In this document: in pieces, positions 18,183-28,007 of the stretch
Layout of the letters: each line of letters begins with the position of its first letter
Numbering within the stretch: position 1 is the stretch's first letter
Origin: Ignavibacteriales bacterium
Lineage (GTDB): Bacteria; Bacteroidota; Ignavibacteria; UBA10030
Direction of reading: 5' to 3'
Assembly (NCBI GenBank): GCA_026390575.1
Contig: JAPLFR010000006.1
Coordinates: 203,567-267,566 of the forward strand
Length of the DNA stretch: 64,000 bases
Notes under the pieces: generated by a model
Told to the model about the DNA's origin: nothing
Database searches by the model: none
Seen by the model: the letters and a program-made list of their open reading frames with translations, nothing else
Made by a program: the position numbers and the translations under genes

Positions 18183-18450
18183 AGATACCTCCAGAGTTAT
18201 TATTGGTAAAGTTGTCCGCTTAAAACTGCGGAATTGAATTTGTATCTCATAACCTCATCTGACCATCTGTTCAGAGGGTCGTCTGAAGACTGAAGACCCA
18301 CTGACTTGTCGGGATGGGCGCATAAATCAAGAGCCAATTCTTCTTGATGTCTGCCGAAACCCTCAGTATAATTTGCCCTCCTTTTATGCTTATTTTAATA
18401 TTAAAATATACTAAATATTATATGAAAAAGGATTTTTTAGAATATTTTTT

Positions 18451-19365
18451 TTACCCTTCAGGTACCACAAGCAGAATACCCCACTTATTTGCCGGGATAG
18501 GCCTATAATAAATCCACCAATCTCTTCTTGTGCCGAACTTGCCTACATTGATGAAGCCTGATTTCCCTTGCTGCAAATCTCTTCCTATATCTCTTAAAAG
18601 AGGCACGTTATTTTCATCAGCAAGGCTAAATAGGGATTCATTGTAGATCCATTCCGGATTGGGAGCGCTTAGAACTGTGCCGTTTGCTGATACCAAAATG
18701 CCGTAACCCTCATCAAATAACTTTATTGAGGAAACTAATTTCGCCAACCAGTCTATTGATATATCAACGGCTATTATTCCATGAATCGTCTCTTTTTTCC
18801 CGTCAAAGGAATAGAAAGGAACTGAATAAGTGGCCATTACAATGTTTCCTCCGCTTGAACCTGCATCAAAGTAAGGTTCAATCCAAACAGGTTGATTTAA
18901 AGTCCTTGGAATGAGATACCAGTCACTACTAAAATAGTAGTCTGATGAATCCGTTGGATCCGTATATACTAAATTGCCATTCTTCCTATATAAATACGGG
19001 GCATAAAAAGTTGAATCTTTTTCATACGAATTCGGTTCAAAGGCAATACACGTTCCAAATACTTCATCATTGTTTTCTACAACAGCATTGAGTAAAAATC
19101 TTATTTGTTCTTTTCGGATTTTTGAAAATTCTAGCACATACGCCAAATTCTGCGGTATTTGTTCGATTGAAAGAATAATATTCTGTATTCTTTCAACTTC
19201 TCCGTTTAGTCTTTCCTCTGCCAGTTCTCGAGTATGTTTCTTCCACCAGTATTCATTGGTAATGCGACTGGACTCAATAACCGCAAAGACAATTGCAACC
19301 GTAACCAATAGTATAATGATAGAATACAGTATCGGCTTAGATATTTTTAAAGTTATTTTTGACAT
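18451..19365 (-). CDS. Membrane-anchored periplasmic Cache-like sensor domain protein lacking any output domain
   Basis: 304 aa. A single N-terminal TM (ILYSIIILLVTVAIVFAVI), then a double-PAS-like Cache fold (YAPYLYRKNGNLVYTD..., IEPYFDAGSSGGNIVMATYSVPFY..., GIIAVDISIDWL...). The protein ends right after the sensor module, without a second TM, HAMP, kinase or MCP domain. Confidence 0.5.
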   Translation of the reverse strand: MSKITLKISKPILYSIIILLVTVAIVFAVIESSRITNEYWWKKHTRELAEERLNGEVERIQNIILSIEQIPQNLAYVLEFSKIRKEQIRFLLNAVVENNDEVFGTCIAFEPNSYEKDSTFYAPYLYRKNGNLVYTDPTDSSDYYFSSDWYLIPRTLNQPVWIEPYFDAGSSGGNIVMATYSVPFYSFDGKKETIHGIIAVDISIDWLAKLVSSIKLFDEGYGILVSANGTVLSAPNPEWIYNESLFSLADENNVPLLRDIGRDLQQGKSGFINVGKFGTRRDWWIYYRPIPANKWGILLVVPEG

Positions 19366-19373
19366 ATCAGCTG

Positions 19374-20384
19374 TTATCTTTTATAGAAATCATCGTAAAG
19401 CGGTTTAGTCGTTATAGATTTATTCTCATTAAGAAAATTCGTAAGGTTATCAAAATCTGATTTTAAAAGATTTCCCTCTTTTACATTTTTGTTTGATGAA
19501 TGAATCATATCTTTCATATCATTTAACATCCAGCGAGAATGCGATATGTCGGCAGATACATTTGCACGTTCTTTATATTTCTGAATCACGTCAAGTGTTT
19601 CATCTGTATTAGCCAGAGCATACGTCCACCCTTCGATAGATGCATCAACGAATTTTCTGCATAACTCAGGATCTCTCTGAAAGGTGGTTTCCATGCAGTA
19701 TATTCCATCCTCAGGATAATTCATTCCGTAATCATAGAAAGGAAATACATTAACTTCATCGGGATTTATTCCAGAATTTATCAGGCGTTTGTACTCATTA
19801 TAATGCATCATGACAGTTACATCAACGGCGCCTGTGAGAAAGACATTAATTGCATTATTAAATGGCACGATTTCGGCATGGATATTATGCTTCTTTAAAA
19901 ATCCGGACGTCAATTCTGTAGCGACAGTTCTCCATACTCCAATCTTTCTTCCATTAAAATCATTTAAGGTATTTATGCCCGATTTTTTCTTGGCAACAAA
20001 CATAATACTGCTTCGCTGAAATATCTGGCCGATGTTTACCAATTTCATTCCTTGAGCACGTTCCATAACTCCGGTATACAGAAACAGTATTCCAAAATCA
20101 ATTTCACCGCTTTTCAACGATGTGATCACATTATGTGTATATCCGCCGGCCATGATGGTTACATCAAGTCCGTATTTTTCATATATTTTTTTTTCCTTTG
20201 CCATATAATAACCCGCGAATTGCGCCTGAGGAACCCACGATGGAAGAAATGTTATTTTTTTTAACTCCTTATTCTGCGGGCAGCTTATAGCTAACGGGAT
20301 GAGAACTAAGAAACCCAAGATGAAGAACATTCTTTTCATATTTCCGAATTTTGTCATCTTTAATAACCGCTTATTTTTTTTCAT
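19374..20384 (-). CDS. NMT1/THI5-like (SsuA/TauA-type) periplasmic substrate-binding lipoprotein, orphan (no cognate permease/ATPase nearby)
   Basis: 336 aa. Signal with lipobox LAISC. The type-II SBP fold pattern resembles nitrate/sulfonate/bicarbonate/HMP binders (ITFLPSWVPQAQFAGYYMAKEKKIYEKYGLDV...). It is followed 8 nt later by the Cache-domain gene. The true start may be MKRMFF at 20336. Confidence 0.55.
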   Translation of the reverse strand: MKKNKRLLKMTKFGNMKRMFFILGFLVLIPLAISCPQNKELKKITFLPSWVPQAQFAGYYMAKEKKIYEKYGLDVTIMAGGYTHNVITSLKSGEIDFGILFLYTGVMERAQGMKLVNIGQIFQRSSIMFVAKKKSGINTLNDFNGRKIGVWRTVATELTSGFLKKHNIHAEIVPFNNAINVFLTGAVDVTVMMHYNEYKRLINSGINPDEVNVFPFYDYGMNYPEDGIYCMETTFQRDPELCRKFVDASIEGWTYALANTDETLDVIQKYKERANVSADISHSRWMLNDMKDMIHSSNKNVKEGNLLKSDFDNLTNFLNENKSITTKPLYDDFYKR

Positions 20385-21237
20385 CGGTATTTAATAGTAA
20401 CGGCAGATCATTCTTACCATTACCCATTATTATGATTTTGGCGTTATTCGACTTTGCAAATTCGGAGGTTACCTCCAATCCTTTCCATTTCAGGATAGGG
20501 ATTTTTGATGTTTCCTCAAATTGCCGTATGCCTTCAGCCTCGATAATTTTTCGCCGCTTTTCTTTTTCTTCGGTTATGAGTTTATAGTTGAATTCTTCCA
20601 CCAACTGTTGTGCGACCATTTTTCTTTCTATTGCGCTGGAAACAAGCTCTGGCAACGATAATTTCCTGAGCAGATAATCATCCATAACAACATTTTCCTC
20701 AAGCAATTGCTTGCCGAGGTAATATTTAATTGTTGATTGAATCATGAGAGTCGACATTTGATATAGTTGTTGAGGTGTGAAGTTTCCGATGATGGCCATC
20801 GATGCTGCTTCGACTTCATTTTTTACGAATGTGTCCGCATAGGTTGGACCAAGCTTCTTATGTATAGTCGGGATCGAGTCTTTGAGAGCATAGAAACGGT
20901 AGGAAAATTCTACTCTCACAGTCAGACCTTCTGCTGTGAGGATGTTCATCGTATCATTTTGGGTTTGCAATCGTGTCGAATAGATATACATTTTATCCCA
21001 AGGCCAGATAACATGAATTCCTTCGTCATATATCTTATCAAGCTTCGTACCACTGAACCTTGACCATCGTAATCCCAGTTCACCTGAATAAATGGAGATA
21101 ACCATATCCTTCCAAAAAAAGACAAACAGAAGAATTGCAATAAGTGTGGCTATAGTGATCTTCAGCCAGTGTTTATGCCATACTCTCTTTATGGTATTCT
21201 TTATCCAAGCGTATGCGCTTACTAATTTTTCTTTCAT
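20371..21237 (-). CDS. SPFH/Band-7 (prohibitin/HflC-like) membrane protein
   Basis: 288 aa. N-terminal TM (ITIATLIAILLFVFFW), an SPFH core (GLRWSRFSGTKLDKIYDEGIHVIWPWDKMYIYSTRLQTQ...TAEGLTVRVEFSYRF), and a C-terminal coiled-coil (EEKEKRRKIIEAEGIRQFEE). Confidence 0.7.
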   Translation of the reverse strand: MKEKLVSAYAWIKNTIKRVWHKHWLKITIATLIAILLFVFFWKDMVISIYSGELGLRWSRFSGTKLDKIYDEGIHVIWPWDKMYIYSTRLQTQNDTMNILTAEGLTVRVEFSYRFYALKDSIPTIHKKLGPTYADTFVKNEVEAASMAIIGNFTPQQLYQMSTLMIQSTIKYYLGKQLLEENVVMDDYLLRKLSLPELVSSAIERKMVAQQLVEEFNYKLITEEKEKRRKIIEAEGIRQFEETSKIPILKWKGLEVTSEFAKSNNAKIIIMGNGKNDLPLLLNTDEKK

Positions 21238-21280
21238 AGCGTTCTTTGGCCCACCATAAAATCTTGATTGATAACCATAA

Positions 21281-22921
21281 TTATTTTTTCTTCATCTTCT
21301 CGTCGCTCACGATGGTTCCATATTCCATCTTAATAACACGATCGGCATATTTATAATATCGATCATCATGACTGACAGCGATGACTGTTTTTCCTTTTTT
21401 CTTCAGATCTTTTAAAATCACTTCATAGAAAATCTTTCGATATTGTGGATCCTGGTCCGCCGCCCATTCATCGAACACATAGATCGACCGGTTCTCGAGC
21501 AGTGCAACGATCATCGCAAGGCGCTTTCGTTGACCTGTGGAAAGATCAATGTCAGTAAAGCCCCCATCCCGATATTCTGTCTTCTTGTCGATTTCCATAA
21601 AGTGCAACAATTCATCGACCTTTTTTGGATCGATATCTTCCATCCCATACAATTTATGGAAAAGGTGGAAGTCAGAGAAAATAGCGGAAAACATTTCACG
21701 ATAACGTAAGATGCTTGCCTTGTCGATTTGTTTGCTATCAACGAACACTTTTCCTTTCTTCGGGAAGTACAGCATTGTCAGCAGCTTCAATAATGTTGTT
21801 TTACCGCAGCCGTTGCCGCCGATCAGGAATATTGTTTCGCCAGATCGAATTGTAAGATTAAGAGGACCAAGCTCAAACGCCCCTTTTCCATCATCGCTAT
21901 GGTAGTGGAACGAAACATCCTCGAATCGGATGTTCTTGAAACCGTTTTGCACAACTCCTTCGTTGTTCAACTGTGCTTCATGCAACTCCACTGACTTGTC
22001 TAATTCTGTTTCCAGATCGTAGATATAACCGATTGCCATCCGAACTTTATCAAGCAAAGGCATTAAGCCCACGAGGTTATAGACCGGACCGATGATGAAT
22101 AAAATCGCAACCGTGATATCGGATACCACATCACGGTATGACTCGCTGAATCGCGGCAGAACGAAGACGATTGCACCCAAGAGAATCATAAACGATGTTT
22201 GTGGAAAAATGATATTCTCGGCGTATTTACCACCAATCAATGTCTTGAGATTTTTTACTTCCTCAGAGATCTTCTTTATGAAAGCTGCCAGTGCGTTGCT
22301 CCTGCTTGTACGCAGTTTCACCTCTTTCATCCCTTCGAGAATATCGGTGAGGGCTTTAAAGAAGCCGATCTCTGTTTTATTCGTTTCAACAAGCAAAGGA
22401 CCGACGCGTTTTGCACGAACCAAATAGATGGAAATCGCTATCGTACAAAAAATGACGACAATGAAAAATGCAATCGGCGAGAGTGTCAGAATATAAAACA
22501 GCACGACAATCAACATGACAGCAGATTGTATGGTCGAGACGATCGGAAGGGCAAAGTCCGAGATCACATTTGATTCCTTTGTCAGACGGTTGTAAATTTC
22601 CGCTGCGCCGATTTGTTCAAGCTTCAAGAGATCTGCCCGACGTACTTTGTCAGCCAGCCGCGTTCTTATATTATGAATGATATCTTCAATGAATGCGATA
22701 CCATTCGTCATATTGTACTTTTGCGCGATTACATAGAGAATGATCACGACAATGAACATAATCAATTGTCGCGTGCTCTCTTCGTCAGCCGATATTTTCT
22801 TGGAGGCGGCATTGATAATCGTTAATACCATCGCGTTCGAAATACCGGCAATCGTCGCCATAACCAATATCGGCCTTAGCGGCTTGCTCGATTCCTTCTT
22901 CACAAAATCGATAACGTTCAT
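21281..22921 (-). CDS. ABC transporter, fused permease-ATPase of the cyclic-peptide/microcin exporter type (YojI/McjD-like)
   Basis: 546 aa, nearly the length of E. coli YojI (547). Six N-terminal TMs. Walker A GGNGCGKTTLLK, signature LSTGQRKRL, Walker B IYVFDEWAADQD, H-loop VSHD. Confidence 0.7.
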   Translation of the reverse strand: MNVIDFVKKESSKPLRPILVMATIAGISNAMVLTIINAASKKISADEESTRQLIMFIVVIILYVIAQKYNMTNGIAFIEDIIHNIRTRLADKVRRADLLKLEQIGAAEIYNRLTKESNVISDFALPIVSTIQSAVMLIVVLFYILTLSPIAFFIVVIFCTIAISIYLVRAKRVGPLLVETNKTEIGFFKALTDILEGMKEVKLRTSRSNALAAFIKKISEEVKNLKTLIGGKYAENIIFPQTSFMILLGAIVFVLPRFSESYRDVVSDITVAILFIIGPVYNLVGLMPLLDKVRMAIGYIYDLETELDKSVELHEAQLNNEGVVQNGFKNIRFEDVSFHYHSDDGKGAFELGPLNLTIRSGETIFLIGGNGCGKTTLLKLLTMLYFPKKGKVFVDSKQIDKASILRYREMFSAIFSDFHLFHKLYGMEDIDPKKVDELLHFMEIDKKTEYRDGGFTDIDLSTGQRKRLAMIVALLENRSIYVFDEWAADQDPQYRKIFYEVILKDLKKKGKTVIAVSHDDRYYKYADRVIKMEYGTIVSDEKMKKK

Positions 22922-22924
22922 TAC

Positions 22925-24211
22925 TTATACCTCTGAAAAAGCTGCAACGGTACTCTCAGTTTTTATCTTTTCCTGCGCATTTGCACCTTGGAAGAAGAAG
23001 CCAACCAGGAGTATGCCAATAACGTCCAAAACAATACTTAAAGTAAAGAGTGATGCATACCCAAAGGAAGATGCAATCACTCCGCTTAGAATTTCATAAA
23101 AAGAGATTCCGATAGAGAGCATAGAGACTTGAACAGCGAAATCAGTTGCCGCATATGCTTTGCGTGAAAAATCCATAAAGATAGAATAGATTAACGTCCA
23201 CTTAAAACTATTTGTTATACCAACTATAGCACATATGATAAAGAGTGAATTGACCGTTGTCAAGTTTAAAGCAGGGAGAAGAAATAATCCAACTGCGAGA
23301 GTGTTAATCAAACCGAATACGACAAGGTTCGATTTCTGCGTTAACAATTTTAAAATCGGCGGACATAATGCCGCACCAATAGTTCCAAAAAGCGGGCGGA
23401 TAGTTCCGAGTAAAAAGCCTATTGAATCGATCGAGAGTCCTCTATCTACAAGCAGCGGACGCACCATCGCATTGATCATTGAATCGCCGATGACACAAAG
23501 GTTAATGAGTAAAAGCCAGCGGCGCAATGGCTTCGATTTTAACGTTTTAAAGCTGCTCATTATATTGACTTTGGACGGTACAACGGAGGTCGGTGGTTCT
23601 TTGAAGAACAGCAACAGGATGCTTGAAACAATGAGCAAAGAGAGCGTGAGCAGCATCGTGGTGGTGTACCCGATCCTCCCAACAAGCATGACCATACTCC
23701 CACCCGTAATAGTGCCGATAGCCATTCCCATCGTCGCAAGGCTGTTTCCCCTCGGACGCTCGGACTCATTCAAACACCGCACTGCGAGACCATTCGTTGC
23801 AATCCATTGGGTCGAAACCGACGTCACGTAGAGAAGACCAAAACCTATGATCCACCAGAATTGATCAGAAAAGTTCAGGAAAGCGATGATACATCCAACG
23901 CATGCACAAAAAAGCTGCGAAGCAATCAGCCAGGTTTTGTAATGTCCGAATTTATTATGCCCATAAGCATCGACATACGGAGCCCAGAGAAATTTCAATA
24001 CCATTGGAATAGTGAAAATTCCAAACAGTCCGATCCGCTCCAACGGCGCTCCGCTTTGACGAAGCATAACCGGGAATACAATCGGGAAAAAGAAAGTTGG
24101 GACGAACGATGCAACATAGAGAAAGAAAAGAACGAAGAACTTAAATCGTCTTTGTGGATACTCTTCTATTGTTACAGTATTCGATTCAGTCTTGGAATCT
24201 TCGGTTGTCAA
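22925..24211 (-). CDS. MFS transporter of the AmpG/FptX-like family
   Basis: 428 aa, 12 predicted TMs. The signature GIFTIPMVLKFLWAPYVDAYG is typical of AmpG-family permeases, which include the siderophore permeases FptX/RhtX. It overlaps the upstream TBDR gene by 4 nt and ends 4 nt before the ABC gene. Confidence 0.6.
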   Translation of the reverse strand: MTTEDSKTESNTVTIEEYPQRRFKFFVLFFLYVASFVPTFFFPIVFPVMLRQSGAPLERIGLFGIFTIPMVLKFLWAPYVDAYGHNKFGHYKTWLIASQLFCACVGCIIAFLNFSDQFWWIIGFGLLYVTSVSTQWIATNGLAVRCLNESERPRGNSLATMGMAIGTITGGSMVMLVGRIGYTTTMLLTLSLLIVSSILLLFFKEPPTSVVPSKVNIMSSFKTLKSKPLRRWLLLINLCVIGDSMINAMVRPLLVDRGLSIDSIGFLLGTIRPLFGTIGAALCPPILKLLTQKSNLVVFGLINTLAVGLFLLPALNLTTVNSLFIICAIVGITNSFKWTLIYSIFMDFSRKAYAATDFAVQVSMLSIGISFYEILSGVIASSFGYASLFTLSIVLDVIGILLVGFFFQGANAQEKIKTESTVAAFSEV

Positions 24212-26691
24212 TATTCATACCGTACAGTAAAGTTCATCCGAAACGGCGCTATTGGCATCACAAGGAACGGATATGTCGGATCGCCGAACCCTCCAATATT
24301 GGAGACAGTATAAGCCAGTTCATTTGTAATATTATATAGATTCAATTGAAAGCGAAGATTCGCATATTGATAATAAGCGATTGCATCGACCGTTGTGTAT
24401 GCCGGAACCTCTGCTTCGTTGGCATCGTTTACAAAAACAGAACTTCTTGTTGAAGCACCTCCTCCTATTCCAAGACCATGGAACAAACCCTCGGTAAATT
24501 CATAAACAGCCCATACATTACCGCTGTATGTCGGAGTACCGTAACGCATTTTACCATCAACAATCATTTTTTTAGGACTTGTAAATTTCATCGTCTGCGT
24601 ATTGAATGCAGCAGATATCCGCAGGTTCGTCGTCACTTCACCGACGATATCAACATCCAATCCTTGTGCATCTTCTTTCCCGATATTAAAGTACAGCAGA
24701 TATGGAGAAACTCCTGCTGGATTTCTCTCCGAAGAAATGACGTCATATTTGTCAATCATAAAGACCGAAGTGGTTAGAAGGATACGTTTGTCGAACATTT
24801 CAAACTTTGCTCCCGCCTCAGTCTGATACGCGCGTTCCGGTTTTAGGTCTGCCGGGATATCCCACAAACCATAGTCAGCGCCCGGCGATTGATAACTTCC
24901 CATGTAACTTGCGAAAAGTGATATGTTATCCTGTAATTGATACAGGACTCCGAGACGCGGTGCAAAACCCGATGATTTATTATAAGTAGTATTGGCAATT
25001 GGATTGAATGCGGCTAATTGAGTGGCATCGACCGTATTCCTTTCCAACCTGCCGCCGAGTAAAACATGCCAGCGTTTGTCGATGGTAATTAAATCCTGTA
25101 CGGCGATACCATAATCTTTGGAATTCGCAAGCATTTCTTCATGCGGATAGATCGGGACTGTCATTTGTATTCTATTGCCAGTGAACGGATCGAGAATTCC
25201 AAAAGGATTATAGTCCAAATAGTATTTTGTATCGATTTCGAGAAAGTCTACGACAGCGAGAATTCCATGAACGACATCTGTTCCAAATAATGAATGACTC
25301 ACGCGAAGATAATTTTCAATTCTCCCTCCCACATCAGAGCGTTTGGAATCTATCGTATTGATCGGTCGGACTGTCCAGTTCGGTGGGAAAGTTGGATTTC
25401 CATTCTGGTCGACAGGTGGAAATCCTGGAGGAATTGCACCGTTGTATGTATAATACCAATCCCATACATATGTGGACTGTTGGTCAGCGTGTTCGTAGTT
25501 CGCCGCAACTCGCACAGTCCAATCCGGAGTAATCGAGTGTTCAACTTCGACGTTAGCGCGTTGCTGTTTCTGATTTGTCTTATCGTTTTCCTCGCCAAAA
25601 TTATAAGAGCGGCTGGAGATTGGAGCAAGAGATGCTGTTAGTTTACCATTCGAATCCATAGAGGGAAGCATCAAAACACCGCGATCCGGCGTGAATTCTG
25701 AACGTGAGATCTCGCCCGCCACATACACTTTTGTTTTTTCTGTTACATTGATCGCAAATGATGGTTTAACAAAATATGTGTTCATCTTCACGAGATCCCG
25801 ATAGCTATTACTCTTTTCGTACGAACCGTCCAAACGATAGGAAATGGATTCATTCAACAGAGGCCCGGTAGCCGAACCACCAATACGGTATTGCTGAAAG
25901 CTGCCCGCCATGGTTTCAATGTTATATCTCGGTTCCATCTGAGGCTGCTTCGAAATAAAGTTCACGATCCCGCCGGGTTCTCCTCTTCCATACAGAATTG
26001 CCGACGGACCTTTGAGTACCTCGATGCGATCCACGGCGACGACACTGATCGGAAGATCGTCACCACCAGGGGACATGTTATTGCATCCACCGACTCTGAA
26101 TCCGTCTTTGAAAATTGAAGCGTTAAAACCCCGTATGTTGACGATCAGTGGATGAGGTCCGCCGAACTCTGACACTACTCCACTTACGTTTTTCAATGCA
26201 TCGTTCACATTAATAACATTCTGATCTGCGAGAAGCTTGTTCGTGACCTGTCCTGTGCTCAACGGCAGTGTCATCATGGGAGCATTAATACGAGAGGCTG
26301 AATAATTATCACCTGTTGTATAGCTTTCCCTATAACCAGAGATAACCACTTCGTTCATGCCAATCGGTTCGAGCTTAAGCTGAATATCCAGGATTACTTT
26401 TGAATCAGCGACTGTCGCAGATAATCGGACCTTTTTGAATCCGACGCAACTTGCTTGCAGCGTGTAAACTCCTGCAGGAATATTAGCAAGTTCATACATT
26501 CCTTCAGAGTTCGTCGATGTCTTGACTGATTTGTCGAGCAAAATGACATTTACATTTGAGAGAGGTGCTTGATCATCAGAGTTAACAATTTTTCCGGAGA
26601 TGCTGCCGGATTGCGAAAAAAGACAGGGAGAGAATATTGATGTGAGAATACATGCGAACAATATAAAATTTTTTCTGCGGTTGAAGTTCAT
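24208..26691 (-). CDS. TonB-dependent outer-membrane receptor (CarboxypepD_reg + plug + 22-strand barrel)
   Basis: Probable start MNFNRRKNFILFACILTSIFSPCLFSQ at 26691. CarbopepD_reg-like domain (ISGKIVNSDDQAPLSNVNVILLDKS...). Plug with ...VDRIEVLKGPSAILYGRGEPGGIVNFISK. The C-terminus ...RMNFTVRYEY ends in an aromatic residue. Confidence 0.8.
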   Translation of the reverse strand: MNFNRRKNFILFACILTSIFSPCLFSQSGSISGKIVNSDDQAPLSNVNVILLDKSVKTSTNSEGMYELANIPAGVYTLQASCVGFKKVRLSATVADSKVILDIQLKLEPIGMNEVVISGYRESYTTGDNYSASRINAPMMTLPLSTGQVTNKLLADQNVINVNDALKNVSGVVSEFGGPHPLIVNIRGFNASIFKDGFRVGGCNNMSPGGDDLPISVVAVDRIEVLKGPSAILYGRGEPGGIVNFISKQPQMEPRYNIETMAGSFQQYRIGGSATGPLLNESISYRLDGSYEKSNSYRDLVKMNTYFVKPSFAINVTEKTKVYVAGEISRSEFTPDRGVLMLPSMDSNGKLTASLAPISSRSYNFGEENDKTNQKQQRANVEVEHSITPDWTVRVAANYEHADQQSTYVWDWYYTYNGAIPPGFPPVDQNGNPTFPPNWTVRPINTIDSKRSDVGGRIENYLRVSHSLFGTDVVHGILAVVDFLEIDTKYYLDYNPFGILDPFTGNRIQMTVPIYPHEEMLANSKDYGIAVQDLITIDKRWHVLLGGRLERNTVDATQLAAFNPIANTTYNKSSGFAPRLGVLYQLQDNISLFASYMGSYQSPGADYGLWDIPADLKPERAYQTEAGAKFEMFDKRILLTTSVFMIDKYDVISSERNPAGVSPYLLYFNIGKEDAQGLDVDIVGEVTTNLRISAAFNTQTMKFTSPKKMIVDGKMRYGTPTYSGNVWAVYEFTEGLFHGLGIGGGASTRSSVFVNDANEAEVPAYTTVDAIAYYQYANLRFQLNLYNITNELAYTVSNIGGFGDPTYPFLVMPIAPFRMNFTVRYEY

Positions 26692-26782
26692 ACAGTCTTT
26701 ATCCTTTAGATGAATTTTAATAAATGTGCTTGTGTCAGCCCATTGTTTATATTTCAAGTTTAACTTGTCAAAGGTAATCTAT

Positions 26783-26862
26783 CAATTTCTCAAAGTCAAT
26801 CATATCTGAACTTTTTCCTTTCAAATATGAATTTCCTCCTCCATTTTACATTAACCTTCAAC
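26783..26862 (+). repeat. Left copy of an imperfect ~75-bp direct repeat flanking the methyltransferase-like gene
   Basis: The 18/18 identical core ttctcaaagtcaatcata (26787-26804) is followed by tttcctttcaaatatgaatttcc...ttacatt..., which is ~75% identical to the right copy. Confidence 0.6.
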
Positions 26863-26938
26863 AAGTAGATGGGCGTTCCATCTAAAAGAAGGTAGACAAG
26901 TAAGCCGCGGCTTATTTGGCGGCTTCGATGCATAGTGA

Positions 26939-27754
26939 CTACTTTGGTAGTCCAATGAGATAAGTGAGAGGCATAGAATCACCTGGTGCTGTGGGCACCT
27001 GTCCTGCCTCCCATGTATAGTCATCAGATTCGGGAGTCGTTGCCAACTCAAGAAGCTCCGGAACTGTATACGAACGGAGAGAAGAAACGATTCCATCCCA
27101 GGCAAATATTAGAGGTGCCGCCGGCAGCACGTATGTGATAAGAAATCGTTCGAAAGACATACGGCCAATTTTCGGTGTTAGAAGCAAGCTGCGCACTATT
27201 GAGGAATAGCCCATGAGATAGGCCATTTTAAAACTTCTTTCAAACGGCTCGAAGATCGCTATACCACATCGTTTTGCACATGCATCTAACAATATTCGTT
27301 TTGCTTCGGATGGTTTAAAGTGATGGAAAGCAGTAAAAAGAGTGCGGATTCCAGTGAGGCTGGATGGTACATCAAAAGCACTAAGCGGTTTACGAAATGT
27401 CTTTACATTCCCGTTGGCTGAAAGTTCGGCTCGTTCGAATGCTTTGAGATTGGGGTAGAGGTCTGTGAGTGTCACGATCGTCTCAAAGTTCATCTCTGTA
27501 CGCATATACCTCTGAACTGCAAGAAGCGGTCCTCCTCCACCCGAGCAAAGATCAACGATTTCATTTGTCCCAAGCTTCTGCATCGAGCGATACAGGATGT
27601 CTGCAATTGCCTGGTGAAGTGGTCGAACGTAACCTGAGCCTAGGGCGAGTTGTAGGTGATCAGTCAGGTAGTCGCGAAAGACGACCGGCAACCACGGTTG
27701 ATCTTCCCATTCGAATAGGTGATATCGTCTCATCTGGATCTCCCCACTGCCCAA
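26939..27754 (-). CDS. Putative class I SAM-dependent methyltransferase-like protein
   Basis: 271 aa, no signal peptide. Possible motif I IVDLCSGGGGPL followed by an acidic post-I strand (IVTLTDLYPN). Otherwise unassignable. The gene is bracketed by imperfect ~75-bp direct repeats. Confidence 0.35.
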   Translation of the reverse strand: MGSGEIQMRRYHLFEWEDQPWLPVVFRDYLTDHLQLALGSGYVRPLHQAIADILYRSMQKLGTNEIVDLCSGGGGPLLAVQRYMRTEMNFETIVTLTDLYPNLKAFERAELSANGNVKTFRKPLSAFDVPSSLTGIRTLFTAFHHFKPSEAKRILLDACAKRCGIAIFEPFERSFKMAYLMGYSSIVRSLLLTPKIGRMSFERFLITYVLPAAPLIFAWDGIVSSLRSYTVPELLELATTPESDDYTWEAGQVPTAPGDSMPLTYLIGLPK

Positions 27755-27900
27755 TGGATTAGCGCAGAGTTACGCCATATACAATCGCTTCCAGCAACAT
27801 CTATGCCCTGACATAAAACGCCACGTACACATTGACTATTCATATAAATGATAACGAACTGATATGAAAGCACAACTTTGATTTGCCAAAATTACTCTTT

Positions 27901-27980
27901 CAAATTCTCAAAGTCAATCATAACGATATTTCCTTTTCAAAATTGATTTTCCGTTCCCCTTAGGTTACATTGAAGTTGTA
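27901..27980 (+). repeat. Right copy of the direct repeat (also the promoter region of the + strand hydrolase gene)
   Basis: Core ttctcaaagtcaatcata at 27905-27922, then tttccttttcaaaattgattttcc...ttacatt... The motif aatcataacgat occurs twice (27917-27929, 27974-27986). Confidence 0.6.
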
Positions 27981-28007
27981 ATCAATCATAACGATCGGAG
28001 TATTCTT

